A stretch of DNA of 64,000 bases from a virus. Below the pieces are notes generated by a model. That model had not been told where the DNA came from and did not search any database. It saw only the letters and a program-made list of their open reading frames with translations. Position 1 is the first letter of the stretch. Every line of letters starts with the position of its first letter. Below, piece by piece: positions 1-9,307 of this stretch. The position numbers and the translations under genes were made by a program. The DNA is taken from IMG/VR virus record IMGVR_UViG_3300046808_001035. One strand, given 5' to 3'.

Positions 1-1
1 C

Positions 2-3000
2 GCTACCTGCACCTGCGATGTTTACAGCTCGCAGCTTTAAATAGTAAAACTTACCGTTAGTTAGGCTAGGTATGTTAAACGATGTGCTATTGCTTGCAGG
101 GTTTCTAGATACCCAGGCATCTGAATTGAGTTGATACTGATAGTTTGTTATAGCTGCCCCTCCTGAGCTTAGCGGAGCAGTGAATTGTACAGCCGCAGAT
201 TTGTTTCCTGCGGTAGCGATCAGGTCTATAGGCGCGGTGGGAACCGTTCTGGGTGTGCCTGATAGACTATTACTAGGCTTACCTAGGCCTACAGCAGTCC
301 TAGCTTTAAGCAGGACGCTGTAGGCTGTACCATTAGTCAATCCTGTAATATCAAAGCTACCTGTAGTAGGTGATAGATCTGTGACTGTAGCAACAGCGTA
401 AGTTCTGCCTGAGTCTATAGAGTAGCTGTAGTTTTGTAGCGGTAGTCCTCCGAGAAAAGGAGATTTTGTAAACAGTACCGAAAGCTGGGCATTACCTGGA
501 GTAACTGAGGTTATCGTTGGGGCTGCTGCTAGAGCGGCAGGTGTGCCTAGCGCAGCCAATGAGGCTTCACCGTCTCCAGCTGCACTTACTGCCTTGAGTT
601 TTACTGAATACTCCGTACCGTTAGTTAGTCCTGTAATCACTACAGGAGAGCCTGTCTTGGTTGGCGTTATAGGTAGCCATGCGCCATCATCTAACTGGTA
701 TTTGTAATTGGTTACTAGCAAGACTCCATTTATAGGTTGAGTAAAATAGGCTGTTAATTGTGTGTCACCAGAAGTGAGTTCTAGTCCTGTAGGCGCTAAA
801 GGTAAACCCATCGGGGTGCCTATAAGAACATTTGAGCCTACACTAAACTTGCCTGCAACATTTACAACCTGAAGAGCTACGTAATAAGAAGTACCATTAG
901 TTAATCCTGTAATCTCTAAAGGACTGGTTAAAGATGGAGTTGCGTTATAGTTATAGGTAGCTCCTCCGTTTATTGAATAGCCTACGTTATACAGGTCAGC
1001 GCTACCTGTGTCTGTGGGTAATGTAAAGGCAACAGTTAGTTTGCTGTCTCCTGCGGTGATGTCTGAGATCGTGGGCGGATCAGGGCTTACAGCCAAAACT
1101 ACAGTGTAAACTGCAGAAGCTGCGCTTTCACCGAAAATGTTGACTGCTTTTAAGGCTACTGAGTAGCTTTGTTCTAAAACCAGAGAAGGGATGAGTATGG
1201 GGCTTGAAGCATAGTCGGTAGCTATAAATGTTGTGCCTCCGTCTATTGAGTATTTGTAGCTTGTGATGTCTACTCCACCTGTTTCTACTGGAGCTGAGAA
1301 AAATATGGTCGCTGAAGTGCCTACGGTGGCGTACGAGGTGATTGTTGGAGATCCTGGAACTGTGCCGGGTATAGCTTTTACAATCAAAGACTCTGACCCT
1401 CCTCCTGAAGGGTTCACAGCTCTGATGGTTATATTATAGGTGGTGCCGTTCACTAGATCAAAAATTCCATCAGCTGTAACATGCTTCGTAATCTCTAGTG
1501 GGCTGGTTGTCTGTTCAGGTACAAAAGCTGTCCAGTGCTCGCCTAAGTCTGTCGAGTACTCGTAATTGGTTATAGCTCTACCTCCGTCGTCGCTCGGAGG
1601 AGAGAAAAGCACAATTAACTTTTTATCCTCTGAAGTTACGCTGTTTATTGTAGGCTTTGAGGCTTTTCGTGAAGGCACAGCCAGAAGAGTGGAGTTGACA
1701 ACATCCACGGTGCCTGCAGGGACAACTATTTGCGGTGGGGCGAAAGAGAAGAACTCTGAAGAAGGGCTGATTGTTTTGGCTCCGCTTCCATAAACATACA
1801 GCTCGTAAAATCCGTAAGAATCGGTTGTAGTTATCTCCTCACCATCAGTTATAGTCACTCCTTGCACACCTTCTTCTGAAGGAGCTAAAACATAACCGCT
1901 AATCAGCCTTGTATCCAGGCGTACAGCAAAGTTAATACCTACTTGATTAGAGCTAACAATTTGTACTTTTTGGAAAGTTGGAATGACTGAGTATATATTA
2001 TTTGACGCTACGATGTTATAACCTCCTGACGAAAGTCCTGTTAACGTGTACTCGCCAGCAGCGTTTGTGACTGCCTGCTTGTCTCTGCCGTCAGTTATCA
2101 CTATATCTGCTACAGGGTCTAAAGAGGCATCTAGTACTGTACCTGACACTGAGTAGGAGACGGGTAAGACTTCTACACGTATAACTATACTAGCAGAACC
2201 ACTGTTTGCTGAAGTTGCGTTGATAGTGACACTGTATTTACCTATTGATGTGGGGGAGCCAGCAAGTGCTCCGTTCGAATATACTATTCCTGGAGGTAAA
2301 TTTGTAACAGATAAACTTACCGCATCTCCGGCCAGTGTAGGTGAGGCTACTACTTGAGCTAAAGTTGATGTAGGTGCATCAACCTGTAGTGCAAACCTTG
2401 AGTTAGGTGCGGGGGTTATTAAACTTAAAGGTACACTCAGATTGAGTGTCTCGACTACAGATGTGCCTAAGTTATTTGAAGCTGTTATTGATACGATATA
2501 AGTTCCTGCAGCCACATCCAAACCTACACTACCAGTAATATACCCAGAAGAAGAGCACACCAATCCTGTAGGTAGTCCTACGGCGATAAAGTTTGTTGGA
2601 GAATTAAGCGCAGTTACTTTGAATAAAGGGGTTTTCTCTGTGTATGCGTAGCCTCTGGTAACGTTGAGGGTTGTGTTAGGTAAAATGTTATTTATTACAG
2701 GAACACCTTCACTGTAAAATACCAGAGTTATAGAGCGAGTGTCGTTACCTACAGGGTTGTAGACACCTAGACGAATAGGATAAGTTAGCGTAAACGATGA
2801 CCCTAGTGAATTTGTTGGTAGTGCGCTGTCGGCTAGCTTTCCGTAAATTTTACCTGTATATCGCTCTAGCTGAAGCCCTGCAGGGAGACCTGCAGCCATA
2901 TAATAATTACGAGTAGCATCTGTTAGCCCTGGAGCAAAATTGTCTGTCCCACCATAAGCCTGAAGTGACGCGGCTGTAATTAGTGGAGCTGCGCTAGTTG

Positions 3001-5713
3001 TGGTGTTGTCTACTTCTAGCTCTAAAACCAGCCCCTCTACAGGTGCAGTGAACTGAGGTTTTGCATGTACCTGATAAGATATAGTGAAACTTACAGTATT
3101 AGAAGTGCCATAGACGTTATCAGCCGTCACAAACAGTTGAGTCGACCCTGGTGTTGAGGCTGTCACTCTACCTGTAACTTTACCTGTGCTGCGATCAAAA
3201 GAAAGTCCTGGAGGTAGTGTGCCTTGAAGGTCGTAGCCGAATATAGGGAGATTGATGGCTGTAAAAGCTACGAGCGGCGTGGCTAGCGTATGAAGATCTA
3301 GGTTGTTCGTTAAATATATCTCATTCGCAGGCGGAGAAACTAGAGATATTATAGGCTCAGCCTCTACAGCTACAGCAAAAGTAACTGTCTGCGGATTTGA
3401 GGCACTACCTGACGGATTTATTGCGTTGAATGTGAGTTCAAATACGGAGCCTGGAAGTATACTTGAAGGTAACTGACCTGTTAAATTGCCTGTAGTTTCA
3501 GAAAAAGAGAGCCCGTCAGGCAGTATTGATGGGGATACTGTGTACTTGAAAGAAGCTGCATTAAAATCAGGAGACTCTGTAAACAGAGTCATATTAGTTG
3601 CTGAAACCTGGATTATAGGATTCTCTGCGGTATAAACAGAACTTTTACTTAAAATTAAAGGGTTAACTGGAGAAAATCTTCCGCTTTGGGGTACAAGAAT
3701 TTCTGGAGCTGCGATATAGTCTATCAAAAGCTGCCATATAGCTGTACCTGCTGCGGAAGTTTTGAAGTATGCATTATACCTTTGGCTTGTGGCTTCTGAC
3801 GCTGTTGCTGACGCGGATAGTGTCAGTATATTAGAGGGTTGATCGAAATTAGCAAGCAGCCATGCAGGCGTATTTCCGTAAAAGTCGGATATGCTTGCGA
3901 CAGGGTCAGGGAACGCAATCTGCTCGTGGAAGAGTGAGCTATTTTGTTGCGTTACTACATATCTCTCAATTCCTCCTGTAGCTGTACCTGGACACGCACC
4001 TCCGACTATCTCAGGAAGTGAGAATATCTCGCCAACCATTAACCAAGCGTCAGAAACCTTCTCAAATACTGAAACATCTAAAAATCCGCCATCTGTTTCG
4101 CAGGTAATAGCAAAAACAGTGCTAATAAAGACATACTCTCTGCAGTTTAATAAAACTTCAGAAGTGCCAGACATGTTGATGCTGTCGGCCTTAGCAATTT
4201 TAAACTGACTGATTTGTCTTAGTGCAGGGGATGGATTAAATACCGCCCGAACAGGGACTACTCTTGCTGAAGGGTTGTATATTGCTACAACAATAGCCAA
4301 ATTCGTACCATACACACCATCAGGAGTGTATGCCTCGTTGGTCGAGTATGATATCTGGTGATATATTTTTAAAAAGTTTTCTGCGTTTTTATTGTAGCTT
4401 AGCGTCGCGCAATTCAGGTTAGATATTACTCCATTATCTAAAACTCTGAAAGATAGTAAGCCGCTAGGATCTGCAGGAGGCGGAGGCGTACTGTCTAACC
4501 GTACACGGTAAGAATCTACTACCTCGACAATCTTATAGTTCCTAACTGTTATGTTGTCGTAATAAAGCTGTAGCGTACGGCCTTCGTGATAGTTCTTTAA
4601 AAAATGCTCACCGCACCCTATATATGTAAGAGGATCTGCAGGATCGTCGCATCGCGCAAAGACAGCGTCACCAGTAACACAAAAAGCGGCGGCAGTAAAC
4701 AGCTTTAAAAAGCTAGAGCCTTTTCCTCGAGTTTCGACACTTCTAGTGATTAGAGTGTCCAGCTCTTTGGCTCCGTCAGCCACTCGGTTAAGATAGTGTG
4801 CGTAAGCTCCTAGATTTTCTGGAGGACACTTAGGCTTGCAAAAATTTTCGAATGTAATAGCGTGACCTACATTTACAGCGTCAAACGTCGATGTTGTTGT
4901 GGGACTCGTATATATTTCAAATGTTCTATACTTCGTTAAAAGATCGCCGTATAAAGTTTCTGCGTTACTGGTTAACACGTTAGCTGTATAGCAGCTGGAC
5001 GGGTTTAAAAATAAGGCACCTTCTTCATTAGGAGTGACTAGATTTAAGCTGTACAAGTCTTCAATCTCTCCTGGTTTCGTACAAGGGTCGTACAACCCTG
5101 CGCCTGCCCCTCTAGCTACAAGCAAGTCTACGCTATTTTGTCCTACTTGCACTGCGTCCGTATTATGGTTTGCTTTTACAGTAGGTACTTCAGGGTAGTT
5201 ATAAACCATCAGTACTTCTGTAGTGGGACTAGTTGAAACTTTAGGGTCAAAAGAAATACTTTCAAAAGTTAATGTTTTTAACCTAGGAGAGTTTAGGGTG
5301 ACGGCAGATGAGGCTAGCGAGGCTTCAGAGGACGTATACACCTGTTCAAAATCTTGCTTAGCTATCAGGCCTGCTCCTAGTATAATTTTGACGGCGAACA
5401 GCTCAAACGCGAGACCTACAAAGCTTTCCCCACTGTTCTTATAGTGATTGACTACTTTGTCTGGAGGAATTAGAGCTGTACCTAGAAGTTCTTCGCTTTC
5501 TAAATTTGAAAAGGCTATTTCTAGGCCTGCTAATGAAGTCTTTTTTATCTTCGAAATATATACACCTCTAATACTGTCATCAAAAGAAGTGAATAGAATA
5601 TCTAGAAACCAGTTGTCTGCTATAGGATGGTTATTACCATCAGCTATAGCTCGGCGAGCTTTAAAAGGGTAAGATATAAGCTCGTTAGATGTAAGATACT
5701 CCAGGACTCCCAT
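2..5713 (-). CDS. Giant tail fibre/adhesin, >1904 aa, truncated by window edge: N-terminal fibre adaptor, ~5 putative Ig (He_PIG-like) domains, carboxypeptidase-regulatory-like domains, >=6 fibronectin type III repeats
   Basis: Absent from the ORF track because it has no stop in the window. ATG at 5713 (MGVLEYLTSNELISYPF) is in frame with LKLRAVNIAGAGS at base 2. Ig motifs LPDGLSFSETTGNLTG, LPPGLSFDRSTGKVTG, LPAGLQLERYTGKIYG. FN3 motifs GG.AITNY.YS.D.G and ITGLTNGT.Y.V.LKAV. Confidence 0.85.
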   Translation of the reverse strand, partial: MGVLEYLTSNELISYPFKARRAIADGNNHPIADNWFLDILFTSFDDSIRGVYISKIKKTSLAGLEIAFSNLESEELLGTALIPPDKVVNHYKNSGESFVGLAFELFAVKIILGAGLIAKQDFEQVYTSSEASLASSAVTLNSPRLKTLTFESISFDPKVSTSPTTEVLMVYNYPEVPTVKANHNTDAVQVGQNSVDLLVARGAGAGLYDPCTKPGEIEDLYSLNLVTPNEEGALFLNPSSCYTANVLTSNAETLYGDLLTKYRTFEIYTSPTTTSTFDAVNVGHAITFENFCKPKCPPENLGAYAHYLNRVADGAKELDTLITRSVETRGKGSSFLKLFTAAAFCVTGDAVFARCDDPADPLTYIGCGEHFLKNYHEGRTLQLYYDNITVRNYKIVEVVDSYRVRLDSTPPPPADPSGLLSFRVLDNGVISNLNCATLSYNKNAENFLKIYHQISYSTNEAYTPDGVYGTNLAIVVAIYNPSARVVPVRAVFNPSPALRQISQFKIAKADSINMSGTSEVLLNCREYVFISTVFAITCETDGGFLDVSVFEKVSDAWLMVGEIFSLPEIVGGACPGTATGGIERYVVTQQNSSLFHEQIAFPDPVASISDFYGNTPAWLLANFDQPSNILTLSASATASEATSQRYNAYFKTSAAGTAIWQLLIDYIAAPEILVPQSGRFSPVNPLILSKSSVYTAENPIIQVSATNMTLFTESPDFNAASFKYTVSPSILPDGLSFSETTGNLTGQLPSSILPGSVFELTFNAINPSGSASNPQTVTFAVAVEAEPIISLVSPPANEIYLTNNLDLHTLATPLVAFTAINLPIFGYDLQGTLPPGLSFDRSTGKVTGRVTASTPGSTQLFVTADNVYGTSNTVSFTISYQVHAKPQFTAPVEGLVLELEVDNTTTSAAPLITAASLQAYGGTDNFAPGLTDATRNYYMAAGLPAGLQLERYTGKIYGKLADSALPTNSLGSSFTLTYPIRLGVYNPVGNDTRSITLVFYSEGVPVINNILPNTTLNVTRGYAYTEKTPLFKVTALNSPTNFIAVGLPTGLVCSSSGYITGSVGLDVAAGTYIVSITASNNLGTSVVETLNLSVPLSLITPAPNSRFALQVDAPTSTLAQVVASPTLAGDAVSLSVTNLPPGIVYSNGALAGSPTSIGKYSVTINATSANSGSASIVIRVEVLPVSYSVSGTVLDASLDPVADIVITDGRDKQAVTNAAGEYTLTGLSSGGYNIVASNNIYSVIPTFQKVQIVSSNQVGINFAVRLDTRLISGYVLAPSEEGVQGVTITDGEEITTTDSYGFYELYVYGSGAKTISPSSEFFSFAPPQIVVPAGTVDVVNSTLLAVPSRKASKPTINSVTSEDKKLIVLFSPPSDDGGRAITNYEYSTDLGEHWTAFVPEQTTSPLEITKHVTADGIFDLVNGTTYNITIRAVNPSGGGSESLIVKAIPGTVPGSPTITSYATVGTSATIFFSAPVETGGVDITSYKYSIDGGTTFIATDYASSPILIPSLVLEQSYSVALKAVNIFGESAASAVYTVVLAVSPDPPTISDITAGDSKLTVAFTLPTDTGSADLYNVGYSINGGATYNYNATPSLTSPLEITGLTNGTSYYVALQVVNVAGKFSVGSNVLIGTPMGLPLAPTGLELTSGDTQLTAYFTQPINGVLLVTNYKYQLDDGAWLPITPTKTGSPVVITGLTNGTEYSVKLKAVSAAGDGEASLAALGTPAALAAAPTITSVTPGNAQLSVLFTKSPFLGGLPLQNYSYSIDSGRTYAVATVTDLSPTTGSFDITGLTNGTAYSVLLKARTAVGLGKPSNSLSGTPRTVPTAPIDLIATAGNKSAAVQFTAPLSSGGAAITNYQYQLNSDAWVSRNPASNSTSFNIPSLTNGKFYYLKLRAVNIAGAGS

Positions 5714-5731
5714 ATTATGCTACAATATATG

Positions 5732-6619
5732 TTAAGTTGGGCAGGCGCAATTGGAGTTTATCGTCGCGAGGTAATTTGAGAGCTGCGAGTTGACATCGTT
5801 GTACGTACCTTTCAACTCAATAAACTTGTTCTCTAACGAAGTTAAGCGTGTAGTTAAAACCTCTAGGTCGTCGCAGCCAGAACATGGAGTACAACAAGTG
5901 TCTTCCATACTTAAAGTGAACTGAGCTTCACTGTATATGTTTAAACAGTTAATACCTAGCAAGCTGATATCTCCTGAGGTAGGGTCAGGTACTACACCAT
6001 TAATACTCTTGACGCAGTTTGTCGTGGCGCAAATCTTGTTAAGTCCTAGGTTATCGCCAGCATCCATCAAAATCTTCTGCTGCGTGTAAGAAAACCTGAG
6101 ATTGCTTCGAGAGGCTACAACAGCATCTCCAGATATAGAATACTGCCCGTTTTGTGCGTCTATAAATGTAATTCTGTCTATACCCTGTATACCAGGTACA
6201 ACAGTTCTAGGTTCAAACTCAGCAGCAGATCTGTTGAATAGGTGTACACCTGCAGGCTGTGTCTGTAAGCCTTCAAATGAACCTATCGTAATCTTACCGT
6301 TAGCTCCAACATATTCGTTGGTTGCAGCTAGGTAGTAATCTTTGTCAGGTGTATGACTGGCCTTATCCGCATAAAAGGTACCGACCAAAATATTATACTC
6401 GTCGCTTATTTCAACAACTATAGCGTTAACTTTATTAACTATTTTGGATATAAAGAACCTGCGGCTTACGTCACTAGTGGCGCATAAAGTGAAATCAACT
6501 ATCAGAGTATCTGGAATAGAGAACACTTCGTCACGACTCAAGGCGCTAGATCCTTCGCGTAGAGGGTATCTACGTAAAGAATTCAGGTCTGTCCAATCTA
6601 AGCTGTCGATCCAAGGCAT
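5732..6619 (-). CDS. Tail fibre/baseplate-associated protein with Cys-rich C-terminus and coiled coil
   Basis: 295-aa ORF; NSLRRYP and SINGVVPDPTSGDI motifs, CCTPCSGC then heptads; position after baseplate genes; paralogous to the N-terminus of the 2..5713 protein. Confidence 0.6.
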   Translation of the reverse strand: MPWIDSLDWTDLNSLRRYPLREGSSALSRDEVFSIPDTLIVDFTLCATSDVSRRFFISKIVNKVNAIVVEISDEYNILVGTFYADKASHTPDKDYYLAATNEYVGANGKITIGSFEGLQTQPAGVHLFNRSAAEFEPRTVVPGIQGIDRITFIDAQNGQYSISGDAVVASRSNLRFSYTQQKILMDAGDNLGLNKICATTNCVKSINGVVPDPTSGDISLLGINCLNIYSEAQFTLSMEDTCCTPCSGCDDLEVLTTRLTSLENKFIELKGTYNDVNSQLSNYLATINSNCACPT

Positions 6620-6623
6620 AATA

Positions 6624-8705
6624 TTAGGTAGTTAAGATTTCCCAATATACCCCAAGCAAGCCTACATTTGCTCCTCCAGTGACTCCGCCTCCGTAATTGT
6701 TTGATGCTAACCCTGTAGAGACTCGAGAGATCTTAAAATTGACGATAGAATCTTCTCGAATAAACGCTGCAGGTATTGTGAAGGCGTCACTAGACACTTT
6801 GATAGCTGTGAATGCTGTATAACTGCTTGGTGACTGTGTGGAAGCTACCAAAGGAAACTCCACAGGATTAACTGCAGGAGCGTACTTGTTGGCGGTAAGC
6901 AACGTGTGGTCTGACAAAACAAGATTGTTAGCTGTAGCCACAGCAGAATACTCGAACTGGAAAGCTATGTTTCTGTAGCTGCTACCACCCACAATATCTT
7001 TGTCACCAAAAATATGAAAGTTTAGCTTTAGCGGCAACGAGTTAACATAACCTCTAGGAATGACTATTTTGCCGATCAGCCCGTATGGAGTTGTTGAAGG
7101 AGGAGGTAATTTTATGTATGAAGTTAACCCTATAAACTCTAGTCTGGCATTTATGGGCTCGATAGAGTCTACCTGACCTACAAGTCCTTTAGACGTATAG
7201 TCGATGAAGTAGGCTCCTGAGTTTGGGGCTTTTTCTACAATTGTTATTCCGTTTCGGCCCTCAATAGAGGCTACTACAGGAGTAACTACAGCTTTAAATT
7301 CACCTTCAGGCTTGCTATAAGTAATTGCTGCAATTGCTCTGTTCGCAGTATACTCAGGAACTCTGGGAGAGCTCGGATAATTGAATTCTTCTGCGTCTGT
7401 GGTAGCAGAGCTAGGACGGTAGCCTAACAGCTTAAACTTTGGGTCAATATCTACAAGGAGATCTCCAGTTTCTGTTGTTTCAGAAGGAATGTCTTTGCTG
7501 TAGAACTTTATGAAATTAGAAGGCCTATTTGTATAATTTCCAGATGGGTCTACAGCATCAAAAGGAGCAAGCGAGCGCACCAGCTGAGTTCTCAGTGCCG
7601 GGTTGAACTTAGAGAAGCTGACAAACATTCGAATACGGTTATTGTCTGCGTCTAGCTCATCCTTAATATCACTCCAGGTAGCTGTAGGTAAGATATCCGC
7701 GTATCCTGAAGACCAAGGCTGTTCTCCGTCGTTATTCTTAAACCACCAGATACCGTATTCGTTAACAGAAAATGTGCCGTCTGGGTCGTAGTCGTTGCGA
7801 TAACGCTCTAAGGTTCCGTTCGTGTACAACTGAATAAAGTTGGCAGGTACAGGAGGCAAGTCTCTTCTAAGCTCTAGAGCTTCAGCTTTCTCGTAGTCTT
7901 CAAGCTCGTCATCAGCGTCTAGTGTGACGGTTAATTGAGGAATGTTATAGTAAAATAATGCTCCTGCAGGTACAGGAGTGCCTGAGGAGGCAGCAGCCAC
8001 CCAACCAAGCTTAGAGGTGTCTGATCCTGTAATTGTCCATGCACCGCTACTGCTGTCTAACTCGGGTGTTCCGGCCACACGGTCTAGCAAATGGTATCGG
8101 TAGTTTATAAAAAACTGAGAAAATTCATCTACATTTGTGTGCAACAAAAAACTAGTTTTGCTGATCGCGTATCCAACATAGACAGGAATGCCGGAAGGGT
8201 CTTTTGTAATCTTACCTAAATTTTTAGCAGATAAAAAATACGGACCTACAGAAAAAGTTTCACCTGGTTGAAGAATGCCTCTGTCAGGATGGTCTAGGGC
8301 TATTGCAAGCTCGCATAAGCCTTCAATATATAAGTCAGCCGTCCGTGTATTCGGGTAAACCATCTTGGTAATACCGAAAGAGTAGTTTGAGTTTTTGGGA
8401 GCGAACAAGGAAGAACTTTGCGCTGAGGTGAACCCTGTTATGCTTCTGGAAATACCTGCACCTTGAGCATCGCTTCTGAAGTAGACAATATTTAAAGTGT
8501 CAGGCTTTATGTGCGGCAGCTCTTCTGGATGTACTGGTTGATTAAAAGCGAGCAACACAGACTTACCTGCAAGCTCGTTAAATTTCTCATAGAGATGCTG
8601 CTCTCTCTGAGTCATCTGATCAATAGGTACGTTAATCGTAGCTTGATCTACAGTTTCACCATCTTTAATACGCCTAACTAGAGGCAGCCATGGAGTTAAG
8701 CTCAT
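6624..8705 (-). CDS. Putative tail fibre/baseplate structural protein (~693 aa)
   Basis: Long ORF in the tail module. The ATG at 8705 (MSLTPW), just after the upstream stop, is preferred over the track start at 8735. N-terminus RIKDGETVDQATINVPIDQMTQR resembles fibre attachment segments. Confidence 0.55.
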   Translation of the reverse strand: MSLTPWLPLVRRIKDGETVDQATINVPIDQMTQREQHLYEKFNELAGKSVLLAFNQPVHPEELPHIKPDTLNIVYFRSDAQGAGISRSITGFTSAQSSSLFAPKNSNYSFGITKMVYPNTRTADLYIEGLCELAIALDHPDRGILQPGETFSVGPYFLSAKNLGKITKDPSGIPVYVGYAISKTSFLLHTNVDEFSQFFINYRYHLLDRVAGTPELDSSSGAWTITGSDTSKLGWVAAASSGTPVPAGALFYYNIPQLTVTLDADDELEDYEKAEALELRRDLPPVPANFIQLYTNGTLERYRNDYDPDGTFSVNEYGIWWFKNNDGEQPWSSGYADILPTATWSDIKDELDADNNRIRMFVSFSKFNPALRTQLVRSLAPFDAVDPSGNYTNRPSNFIKFYSKDIPSETTETGDLLVDIDPKFKLLGYRPSSATTDAEEFNYPSSPRVPEYTANRAIAAITYSKPEGEFKAVVTPVVASIEGRNGITIVEKAPNSGAYFIDYTSKGLVGQVDSIEPINARLEFIGLTSYIKLPPPSTTPYGLIGKIVIPRGYVNSLPLKLNFHIFGDKDIVGGSSYRNIAFQFEYSAVATANNLVLSDHTLLTANKYAPAVNPVEFPLVASTQSPSSYTAFTAIKVSSDAFTIPAAFIREDSIVNFKISRVSTGLASNNYGGGVTGGANVGLLGVYWEILTT

Positions 8706-8707
8706 AA

Positions 8708-9271
8708 TTATGGAAGTAATACTCTGACACCCCAAGTTATGGTGAAGTTGTAGCTAGAGTTATATTGAATAGGGTTAAAATTCGTTCTAGAAAAGACTGT
8801 GTCTTTTGCTAGCTCGTCTGCAGCCACAGCTGAAACCAAAGCCACTTCATAAATTCTGCTGGTGGAGTCAAAACTTGCTCCCCCGGCTTTTGTTGCAGAT
8901 GTGATCATCGTAGAGAAAAGAACAACGTTCTCATCATAACCTAGAGAAGTTTGGTATGTGGGTGAGAAAGTTAAAGGCTCTCTCAAATAACCATAAGGCG
9001 CAACATAGTTCAAAAACTTGTCCGAATAGTCTACATCTATAGTACGAGGCACTAAGGTACCAGTATCATTATTGTATCCAATGTACATGCCCCAAATCTT
9101 TGCATACTGATCACCGCCAAGTGCGTGAGCTATAATCTTTGCCCCACCTTTAAGTATCATGTTGCGTTTATCAACAACCAGCTCAGATACTCCTGTGGTT
9201 TGGTGCGTTTTCCAGATCTTGACGAAGCCTGTAAGAGAGTCCGACGTATTCAAATTTTCGTTAGTTGGCAT
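8708..9271 (-). CDS. Baseplate/tail-fibre attachment protein
   Basis: 187 aa; N(M)I..G near the N-terminus, IYEVAL...FSRTNF..I......FTITW at the C-terminus, typical of myophage baseplate-to-fibre connector proteins. Confidence 0.6.
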   Translation of the reverse strand: MPTNENLNTSDSLTGFVKIWKTHQTTGVSELVVDKRNMILKGGAKIIAHALGGDQYAKIWGMYIGYNNDTGTLVPRTIDVDYSDKFLNYVAPYGYLREPLTFSPTYQTSLGYDENVVLFSTMITSATKAGGASFDSTSRIYEVALVSAVAADELAKDTVFSRTNFNPIQYNSSYNFTITWGVRVLLP

Positions 9272-9279
9272 AAAGCTAT

Positions 9280-9307
9280 ATTATATGTATGCAGGGCTAA
9301 AAGTCTA
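9280..9307 (-). promoter_or_regulatory. sigma70-like promoter TAGACT-16-TATAAT, near-leaderless
   Basis: -10 box lies 8 nt upstream of the ATG at 9271. Confidence 0.5.
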
